Shown in pieces: positions 1-7,583 of a DNA stretch of 64,000 bases. The notes below the pieces were generated by a model. It did no database searches. It was given only the letters and a program-made list of their open reading frames with translations, and was not told the origin of the DNA. The DNA lies in NCBI GenBank assembly GCA_905182355.1, contig CAJJBH010000007.1, forward strand, positions 32,557 through 96,556, given 5' to 3'. Both the position numbers and the translations under genes were made by a program. How positions within the stretch are numbered: position 1 is the first letter of the stretch; every line of letters starts with the position of its first letter. The DNA is from an uncultured Rhodobacteraceae bacterium. GTDB lineage: Bacteria > Pseudomonadota > Alphaproteobacteria > Rhodobacterales > Rhodobacteraceae.

Positions 1-1
1 G

Positions 2-868
2 GGCCAAGCGGACGTAATGATCGCGGGCGGTATGGAAAGCATGACAAATGCGCCTTACCTGCTTGAGAAAATGCGCGGTGGTGCGCGTTTGGGTCATGGC
101 AAGGTTATCGACCACATGTTCCTTGATGGTTTGGAGGACGCCTATGACAAAGGCCGACTTATGGGAACCTTTGCCGAAGATTGCGCCGAAACCTTCCAGT
201 TCACACGCCAAATTCAGGATGACTATGCGTTGGCTTCTTTGTCTCGTGCGTTGAACGCGCAAAAATCTGGCGCATTTGATGATGAAATTTCAGCGGTCGA
301 AATCAAAACGCGCAAAGGTGCGGTGACTGTTGCCAATGACGAACAGCCTGCATCTGCGCGTCCTGACAAAATCCCACAGCTCAAGCCAGCGTTCCGCGAA
401 GGTGGCACTGTAACTGCTGCCAACTCGTCGTCGATTTCAGACGGTGCGGCTGCTTTGGTGCTTGCCTCTGCAGATGCGGCCAAAGCAAAAGGTCTTACAA
501 TCCGTGCCAAAATCAAAGGGCATGCAAGCCATGCGCAAGCACCGGGCTTGTTCACCACTGCGCCCGTACCTGCAGCGCATAAGCTGCTGGCACAAATCGG
601 GTGGAAAAAAGAAGACGTCGACCTTTGGGAGGTAAACGAAGCTTTTGCCGTTGTGCCGCTCGCGTTCATGCACGAAATGGGGCTAAGCCACGACATCGTC
701 AACGTAAATGGTGGGGCATGTGCGCTGGGTCACCCAATCGGTGCATCGGGTGCACGGATCATGGTTACCCTACTTAATGCACTAGAAAAGCGCGGCCTCA
801 AACGTGGCATCGCAGCGATCTGTATCGGGGGCGGCGAAGGCACAGCGATCGCTATCGAACGCACCTGA
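2..868 (+). CDS. Acetyl-CoA C-acyltransferase (thiolase), 5' end outside window
   Basis: Thiolase motifs GGMESM, VNEAFA, GGACALGHPIGASG and CIGGGEG; the frame is open from the window edge. Confidence 0.95.
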   Translation, partial: GQADVMIAGGMESMTNAPYLLEKMRGGARLGHGKVIDHMFLDGLEDAYDKGRLMGTFAEDCAETFQFTRQIQDDYALASLSRALNAQKSGAFDDEISAVEIKTRKGAVTVANDEQPASARPDKIPQLKPAFREGGTVTAANSSSISDGAAALVLASADAAKAKGLTIRAKIKGHASHAQAPGLFTTAPVPAAHKLLAQIGWKKEDVDLWEVNEAFAVVPLAFMHEMGLSHDIVNVNGGACALGHPIGASGARIMVTLLNALEKRGLKRGIAAICIGGGEGTAIAIERT

Positions 869-870
869 AT

Positions 871-931
871 TTCTTTTGGCCTTAAATATCCTCGGAGGAA
901 TCGCATATGGCGATGGGGGCAGACAGCCCCC
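871..931 (+). repeat. Interspersed palindromic (REP-like) element, copy 1
   Basis: TTCTTTTGGCC-N3-AATATCC head, then hairpins ATCGC/GCGAT and GGGGGC/GCCCCC; the same head occurs on the minus strand at 10075-10095. Confidence 0.65.
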
Positions 932-956
932 TCCCTCCTCTCAGAAGTAAGAATAC

Positions 957-1421
957 ATGCAAGTTGATTACACCACGCTTAGCCAAAATATCGCCGCCCT
1001 GACGGCAGGTGAAACAGACACCATATCGCTTATGGCGACAGTTGTATGCGAGGTGCATCACAGTGATGACCGCTTCGACTGGACCGGGTTCTACCGTGTA
1101 ACAGCACCTGAGTTGATGAAAATCGGACCCTATCAAGGGGGGCACGGGTGTTTGGTGATTCCCTTCGCGCGGGGGGTGTGCGGGGCAGCCGCGCGCTTAG
1201 GTGAAATCCAATTGGTGCCGGATGTGGACAAATTCGCGGATCATATCGCCTGTGCAAGTTCAACAAAGTCAGAACTGGTCCTGCCTGTTTGGAACAAGGA
1301 TGGTCTGCTTTTAGGGGTTTTTGATCTTGATAGTGACCAACCAGACGCGTTCACCCAAGGTGATGCCGATGCGCTTGCGATCATTTTATCCCAAACATTC
1401 AAACACATCCAAATGACGTAA
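957..1421 (+). CDS. msrC: GAF-domain protein, free methionine-(R)-sulfoxide reductase type
   Basis: WTGFY, GPYQGGHGC, GVCG, HIAC and SELVLP motifs typical of fRMsr. Confidence 0.8.
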   Translation: MQVDYTTLSQNIAALTAGETDTISLMATVVCEVHHSDDRFDWTGFYRVTAPELMKIGPYQGGHGCLVIPFARGVCGAAARLGEIQLVPDVDKFADHIACASSTKSELVLPVWNKDGLLLGVFDLDSDQPDAFTQGDADALAIILSQTFKHIQMT

Positions 1422-1430
1422 TTCAACGCC

Positions 1431-1498
1431 CATGAAAATTCCGCTTGATTTTTCATGATGTAAAATGACATCGTGAAAAAATAGTCGTAAATTTCACG
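1431..1498. promoter_or_regulatory. Two tandem palindromic operators C(A/G)TGAAA-N13-TTTCA(T/C)G
   Basis: CATGAAA..TTTCATG at 1431-1457 and CGTGAAA..TTTCACG at 1472-1498, both with a 13-bp spacer, directly upstream of the XRE regulator. Confidence 0.7.
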
Positions 1499-1506
1499 GA
1501 TACCAA

Positions 1507-2079
1507 ATGTTGCAGTCTGACCTGACCAAGCCCGAGACACTGGGCGCCGACCTTCGGGCCTTGCGTAAATCGCGGGCGCTGACGCTAACGGATATGGCGG
1601 ATTCACTTGGGCGCTCTGTTGGCTGGCTCAGTCAGGTTGAACGGGATTTGTCTGATCCGTCCATCAGCGACCTGCGCGAAATCGCGGCCTTTCTTGGTGT
1701 GCCAATTTCGATGTTGTTTAGAAACGAAGCAGCCCCTGCGAACGAGGCAGGGTATGTTGTACGCAAAGGCACCCGCCGCCCAATGGGGTCGCACACGGCT
1801 GGGCTCATCGAAGAACTGCTTTCTCCTGACCTGACTGATGACTTTGAAATGGTGCATTCCACGTTTGCGCCACACAGCGAAATTGCCAATCCAGTGCAGC
1901 GCCCAACGCAAGAAGTGGGGTATCTGATCTCAGGGCAACTGGACCTCGAAATTTCTGGCACTGTCTTCAAGATAAATCCAGGTGACAGCTTTCGCATCAA
2001 AGGGGAACCGCACCGTTGGATGAACCCTTATGATACCCCCGCCATCGCGGTCTGGGTCATCGCCCCACCTGTGTATTGA
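1507..2079 (+). CDS. XRE-family HTH regulator with C-terminal cupin sensor domain
   Basis: N-terminal LGADLRALRK...LSQVERDLSDPSI HTH; C-terminal cupin GDSFRIKGEPHRWMN. Confidence 0.9.
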   Translation: MLQSDLTKPETLGADLRALRKSRALTLTDMADSLGRSVGWLSQVERDLSDPSISDLREIAAFLGVPISMLFRNEAAPANEAGYVVRKGTRRPMGSHTAGLIEELLSPDLTDDFEMVHSTFAPHSEIANPVQRPTQEVGYLISGQLDLEISGTVFKINPGDSFRIKGEPHRWMNPYDTPAIAVWVIAPPVY

Positions 2080-2093
2080 AAGGGATCGTTTCA

Positions 2094-2486
2094 ATGCCAT
2101 CGAAGACTGAAATGTTACGCGGAAGCTGCAACTGCAAAGGCGTCACCTTCACGGTCAAGGATGGTGGCCAAAGTGTATCAGCGTGCCACTGCACACAGTG
2201 TCGCAAACAATCAGGGCATCACTGGGCCTCTGGCTACACAGACGTGAGCAATTTTGAAATTACAGGCGATGTCCGTTGGTTTGATGCCTCTGCGACCGCC
2301 AAACGCGGGTTCTGTCCAACCTGTGGCTGCTTCCTATTTTGGAAATCAAACACTGAGGATGGCATGAGCTTTTCCTTGGGCGTGATCGACGGGCCAACGG
2401 GCCTTGAAATGCAAAAGCACATCTTTGTCGCAGACAAAGGGGACTACTACACAATCGCGGACGGCGTGTCGCAAAGGGAGCAATAG
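2094..2486 (+). CDS. GFA (glutathione-dependent formaldehyde-activating/CENP-V) family protein
   Basis: GSCNC, CHCTQCRK and RGFCPTCG zinc motifs; the ATG at 2094 is preferred over the TTG at 2076. Confidence 0.9.
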   Translation: MPSKTEMLRGSCNCKGVTFTVKDGGQSVSACHCTQCRKQSGHHWASGYTDVSNFEITGDVRWFDASATAKRGFCPTCGCFLFWKSNTEDGMSFSLGVIDGPTGLEMQKHIFVADKGDYYTIADGVSQREQ

Positions 2487-2489
2487 AAC

Positions 2490-4937
2490 ATGAGTAATTT
2501 TCCAACAACGGCCCGCGTGGTCATCATTGGCGGCGGTGTCGTAGGCACCTCGACCCTCTACCACTTGGCCAAAGCTGGTTACAAAGACTGTGTGTTGCTG
2601 GAAAAGAACGAACTGACCGCGGGTTCTACTTGGCATGCTGCAGGCAATTGCCCGAACTTCTCAGGCTCTTGGGCTGTGATGAACATGCAGCGTGACAGCC
2701 TTGAACTGTACCGCACACTTGGCAAAGACGTCGACTATCCGATGAACTACCACGTGACGGGTTCGGTTCGGTTGGCACACACCAAAGAACGCATGCAAGA
2801 GTTCGAACGCGTGGCAGGTATGGGCCGCTATCAAGGTCTAGAAATGGGCATCCTCACCCCCGCAGAGCTTAAAGAATACCATCCATTTATGGAAACCCAC
2901 GATCTTGCAGGTGGGATGTGGGATCCGCTTGATGGTGACATTGACCCCGCGCAATTGACCCAGGCTTTGGCAAAAGGCGCGCGCGATGCCGGTGGTCACA
3001 TTGAACGGTTCTGTTCCGTCACCGGTATTGATCGTGATGGCGATGAATGGATTGTGAAGACTGAAAAGGGCGACATCCGATGTGAAAAAGTGGTCAACTG
3101 CGCAGGCTATTATGCGCAGCGTGTCGGTGAAATGTTTAAACCATTTGGCGGGCGTACGGTTCCGATGGTTGTCATGTCCCACCAGTATTTCCTGACCGAA
3201 GAGATTAAAGAAATCGGGGAATGGACCAAAGAAAAGGGCCATAAATTACCCATCATCCGTGACGTTGATGTCAGCTATTATCTGCGTCAGGATAAAAACG
3301 GTCTGAACCTCGGCCCGTACGAACGCAATTGCAAAGCGCATTGGGTCACGCCCCAAGATCCAATGCCTGAAGACTTCTCGTTCCAACTGTACCCCGACGA
3401 TCTGGAGCGCCTTGAATACTACATCGAGGACGCGATGGAGCGGGTTCCAGCATTGGGCACCGCAGGCATTGGCCGCAACATCAATGGACCGATCCCATAC
3501 GCCCCTGATGGCTTGCCGATGGTCGGTCCTATGCCGGGCGTTCCGAACGCTTTCGAGGCGCATTCATTTACCTTCGGCATCGCGCAGGGTGGCGGTGCAG
3601 GTAAAGTAGTTGCCGAATGGGTCATGCACGGCGAAACGGAACTGGATATGTGGGCTATCGATCCACGCCGTTACACAGATTACGCCGATCATGATTATTG
3701 CCTGTCCAAGGCGCTTGAAACCTATGGCCACGAATATGCCATGCACTTCCCGCATCACGAATGGCCTGCGGGTCGTGACAAGAAACTGTCACCAGTGAAC
3801 GACAAAATCCGCGCGAATGGTGGCCAAATGGGTGCATATAACGGTTGGGAACGTGCCAACTGGTTTGCCAAGGACGGCGATGACACATCCGAGGCGGCAA
3901 CCGAAACATGGTCGCGCGAAGGACCGTGGAACATTCGCGTCCAAGAAGAGGTGGAAGCCGTGCGTGATGGCGTCGGCGTTCTGGATCTACCCGGCTTCTC
4001 GCGCTTTAATCTGTCTGGTGACGGGGCCGCAGAATACCTGCGCGGTTTGATCGCTGGGGCATTGCCAAAAGTGGGTCGTATGAACCTTGCCTACTTCGCG
4101 GACAGTCGTGGCCGTATTCTGACGGAGATGTCGGTGATGCGTCATGGGGACGACCAGTTCACCTTGATCACAGCAGCAACCGCGCAGTGGCATGATTGGG
4201 ATGTGTTGAACAACGGTTTGCCTGCTGGGCTTTCGCTGACGGATCACACAACGGAATACTCCACGTTGATTGTCACAGGTCCAAAGGCGCGGGACTTGTT
4301 TCAGTCACTCGACACACAGGCCGACCTGACGACCACATGGCTCAGCATCCAACCCGCCACTGTGGCCGGCGTGGGCTGCGCGTTAGCTCGGGTGTCCTTT
4401 GCTGGTGAACTTGGCTGGGAAATCCACGGACTAAACGCAAACATGTCTGCACTATACGATGCAGTCATTGGCGCAGGGGCTGTACCGTTCGGAATGTACG
4501 CGCTGAATTCGATGCGGATTGAAAAAGGTTATCGGGCGTGGAAGGGCGATCTGTCCACAGACTACACACTGCTTGAAGGCGGCATGGAACGGTTTGTGAA
4601 ATTCGACAAACCACAAGACTTCCCGGGTAAGGCGGCGCTTCAATCTGAGAAACAACAGGGGCGTAAGAAAGCCTTTGTGACGTTGATCGTTGACGCACCA
4701 TTCACGGATGCACCTTACATGTCTACAATTTGGAACGGCGACGATGTTGTTGGGGAAACAACATCTGGCGACTGGGGGTTCCGTGTGAACAAATCCATCG
4801 CGCTGGGCATGGTTAAAGCAGAACTGGCCGTAGCTGGAACAGAGCTAGAGATCGAAATATTTGGTGCACGTTGCAAAGCAATTGTTCAGCCTGACGAACC
4901 GCTTTGGGATCCATCCAACGAACGTATCCGTGCATGA
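2490..4937 (+). CDS. GcvT-family FAD-dependent oxidoreductase (dimethylglycine/sarcosine dehydrogenase-like)
   Basis: GGGVVG FAD motif, STWHAAG covalent-flavin His, C-terminal folate-binding GcvT domain (RVSFAGELGWEIH, RIEKGY). Confidence 0.92.
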   Translation: MSNFPTTARVVIIGGGVVGTSTLYHLAKAGYKDCVLLEKNELTAGSTWHAAGNCPNFSGSWAVMNMQRDSLELYRTLGKDVDYPMNYHVTGSVRLAHTKERMQEFERVAGMGRYQGLEMGILTPAELKEYHPFMETHDLAGGMWDPLDGDIDPAQLTQALAKGARDAGGHIERFCSVTGIDRDGDEWIVKTEKGDIRCEKVVNCAGYYAQRVGEMFKPFGGRTVPMVVMSHQYFLTEEIKEIGEWTKEKGHKLPIIRDVDVSYYLRQDKNGLNLGPYERNCKAHWVTPQDPMPEDFSFQLYPDDLERLEYYIEDAMERVPALGTAGIGRNINGPIPYAPDGLPMVGPMPGVPNAFEAHSFTFGIAQGGGAGKVVAEWVMHGETELDMWAIDPRRYTDYADHDYCLSKALETYGHEYAMHFPHHEWPAGRDKKLSPVNDKIRANGGQMGAYNGWERANWFAKDGDDTSEAATETWSREGPWNIRVQEEVEAVRDGVGVLDLPGFSRFNLSGDGAAEYLRGLIAGALPKVGRMNLAYFADSRGRILTEMSVMRHGDDQFTLITAATAQWHDWDVLNNGLPAGLSLTDHTTEYSTLIVTGPKARDLFQSLDTQADLTTTWLSIQPATVAGVGCALARVSFAGELGWEIHGLNANMSALYDAVIGAGAVPFGMYALNSMRIEKGYRAWKGDLSTDYTLLEGGMERFVKFDKPQDFPGKAALQSEKQQGRKKAFVTLIVDAPFTDAPYMSTIWNGDDVVGETTSGDWGFRVNKSIALGMVKAELAVAGTELEIEIFGARCKAIVQPDEPLWDPSNERIRA

Positions 4938-5619
4938 TAGCGTGGCTACAAAAGCAAAGCATTGGCATCCGCCTTTGCTTTGCTTTCCTCTATTGTGGTA
5001 GCTACTACGCCCTGCTGTTCGGCTTAGGTTGGCCGTCTAACGCGGTGGTAACGATTTCCGTTATAACCGTATGTCTGCCAATTTTTGGTCAAATCAACGG
5101 CCCCCAAGCCGAAATGCGGGTGAAGACACAGATGGTTAACGAAGCACCCGCTGACGTGATTTGGGAACATACTATGAGATCGACGAGATCAAGGGTCACG
5201 AAAGGGCTTGGACCTTTTCCCATAATATATTGGTCACACCGCTGCCTATTGATGCGATGTTGGATGGGCGTGTTCGCAAGTTGCGTTGGTCCAGTGGGAT
5301 GCGGTTCGAGGAACATCTGACACAGATCGAACCAAACCAATCGATAGCGTGGAACTTTGTTTTCAATCCGCCGCAAACCCTTACCGCCTTTGACCTACAC
5401 AGTGCAAAACAAGGGGGTATTGTGAATATGCGATCAGGCTCTTATGTGCTGTCAATACTGCCCGATAGTGGCACGCTTTTGACGCTTGAGACGCAGTATT
5501 CAGTCACGACACTCCTCAATGGCTATTTGGCTTTATGGGGCGAGATGTTCCTACAGTACTTCCATCACGCTGTTCTAAGTGTGATTAAAGTTCGCAGCGA
5601 AGAGGCCGCAAAAATATGA
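4934..5619 (+). pseudogene. Frameshifted membrane-anchored SRPBCC/polyketide-cyclase-like protein
   Basis: ATG 4934 overlaps the upstream stop (ATGA). A hydrophobic N-terminus runs to ..APADVIWEHT and continues only in the -1 frame near 5174-5176 (EIDEI..WGEMFLQYFHHAVLSVIKVRSE). Its stop overlaps the next ATG. Confidence 0.7.
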
Positions 5620-6485
5620 TGATCCTTGATGGTGGCATGGGCCAAGAATTAATTGCACGCGCAGGCAAAGCCACGGGGCTTTGGTCGGTACAAGCGTTGC
5701 TTGATTCCCCTGAAACAGTACGCCAAGTGCATGACGAATATTTTGCCGCTGGCGCTGATATCGCAACAACCAACAGCTATTCAGTTCTGCCTGATCGCCT
5801 TGCGCCGCATTCTCTTACAGACCGACTAGAAGAACTGACGCGTCTGGCATGTCAGCTGGCTTGTGACGCGCGTGATGCGCATGGGTCTGGTATGATCGCG
5901 GGCGGCTTTGGGCCACAAGGGTTCTCCTATCAACCTGACAAATCACCACCCGCTGATGAGGCGGCAGAAGTCTATGCAACCCTCGCCAAGATCCAAGCGG
6001 ACTACGTCGATGTGCATCTTCTTGAGACCATGTCGTCCATAGATCAAGCACGTGGTGGATTGATGGGGGCAGGGGTCACGGGTAAGCCTGTTTGGGTCGC
6101 GCTTTCCGTTATGGACGATGATGGTTCTCGCCTTCGTTCTGGTGAAGCACTTGTCGATATCGCACCCCTGCTGAAAGAATTCGCACCAGCGGCGGTCTTT
6201 ATCAACTGCTCCAAACCCGAAGCGGTAAGCACAGCCGTCCCAATCCTTGCACAGCTAGGGCACGTGGTCGGGGCCTACGCCAACGGATTCACAGGGATCG
6301 TTGATGACTTTGATACCGTCGGCGCAACCGTTGATCTGCTAAGCGCGCGCAAGGATCTTGGCCCAGACGCATACGCAACATTTGCACAAGATTGGGCGGC
6401 CAACGGAGCCACAATTATCGGGGGCTGTTGTGAAGTGGGACCAGCGCACATCGCTGAATTGGCCCGCCGATTAAAGGCGGTCTAA
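5616..6485 (+). CDS. Homocysteine S-methyltransferase family protein (BHMT-like)
   Basis: ILDGGMGQEL start; INCS and terminal IIGGCC zinc ligands. Confidence 0.92.
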   Translation: MMILDGGMGQELIARAGKATGLWSVQALLDSPETVRQVHDEYFAAGADIATTNSYSVLPDRLAPHSLTDRLEELTRLACQLACDARDAHGSGMIAGGFGPQGFSYQPDKSPPADEAAEVYATLAKIQADYVDVHLLETMSSIDQARGGLMGAGVTGKPVWVALSVMDDDGSRLRSGEALVDIAPLLKEFAPAAVFINCSKPEAVSTAVPILAQLGHVVGAYANGFTGIVDDFDTVGATVDLLSARKDLGPDAYATFAQDWAANGATIIGGCCEVGPAHIAELARRLKAV

Positions 6486-6489
6486 CAAA

Positions 6490-7488
6490 ATGAACGCCAT
6501 CGACCTTTCATTACTCACATCCCGCACGGCAGGTGAACCGTGCAAGGTCGACATCATCATCGCTGAAGGGTTCGTTCTGGTCGAATTGTCTGGCGTCGTT
6601 GAAGTGCTGCGTATGGCAAACCGGATCGGTCCCGCACCCGTATTTGACTGGACGTACAGGTCGGTCAAAGGCGGATATATATCGTGCCGTGCAGGGCTTG
6701 GCACATTGACGGAACAGTTAAGCGACAAGCCAAACGCCGATTATGTTTTCATCATCGGCAACACTGATTCCGATCACCCAGATCTGTCATTAGGCGCGAC
6801 CATATCGGCGTATAGCTATCGTAAAGCCAAGGTGTTGCTACTGTCCGAAGCCGCCAGCCGATATATCACGGAACATCCCGATGGGTCAGGCGATCACACA
6901 ACCCATTGGGAAAATCGGGCAGTCTTACAAGAACGCGGCGATCCAGGGGGCGAAGGTACCTATGCGCTGGCTGTTGATGACGGACGTATCGTGACCTGTG
7001 CAGGCATGGGGGCAACCGTTGATTTGACGCTGGGATTGGTTGGCAACCATATGTCTGCGGCAGCTGTTATGACGGCTGCGGATATTTTGTTGCACGAGAA
7101 AATCCGTGACTTCAAAACACTACAACCCTTTGGTGGAAAACGCCTGACTATGACGGGAGATAAGGAATTGGATCAATGTATCGAGTTGATGCAATCGCAT
7201 ATGGAAGACCCGTTGCCGATTTCTGAACTGGTTGAGCTGGTTGGAATTTCGTCGCGCTCCCTTGAGCGTCGCTTTCATCGCCAACTGAACACGACCCCCA
7301 ATACCTATTACCGCGAATTGCGATTGAACTGGGCCAACAACTTGCTTTTGAACACAACTCTGACCATCCGTGAAATCGGTATGGCTTGTGGGTTTCCCAA
7401 CGGCTTTTCCAGTCTTTACCGAAGCTTCTTTGGCGTGACCCCAACGGCGATCCGCAGAGATAAGAAATGTGTAGGGCTAGGTCGATAA
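6490..7488 (+). CDS. GlxA-family (AraC plus DJ-1/PfpI-like domain) transcriptional regulator
   Basis: EVLRMANR, TTHWEN and DGRIVTCAG; C-terminal AraC HTH SRSLERRF...IGMACGF. Confidence 0.88.
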   Translation: MNAIDLSLLTSRTAGEPCKVDIIIAEGFVLVELSGVVEVLRMANRIGPAPVFDWTYRSVKGGYISCRAGLGTLTEQLSDKPNADYVFIIGNTDSDHPDLSLGATISAYSYRKAKVLLLSEAASRYITEHPDGSGDHTTHWENRAVLQERGDPGGEGTYALAVDDGRIVTCAGMGATVDLTLGLVGNHMSAAAVMTAADILLHEKIRDFKTLQPFGGKRLTMTGDKELDQCIELMQSHMEDPLPISELVELVGISSRSLERRFHRQLNTTPNTYYRELRLNWANNLLLNTTLTIREIGMACGFPNGFSSLYRSFFGVTPTAIRRDKKCVGLGR

Positions 7489-7583
7489 GGGGTCAAATGC
7501 GCCACTTATGACGCTTTTGATGGTCGGCAGTTTTAGGTTCCGTGCGAAGCTAATGGAATCTTTGGTTCATAAGGCTTAAACCC

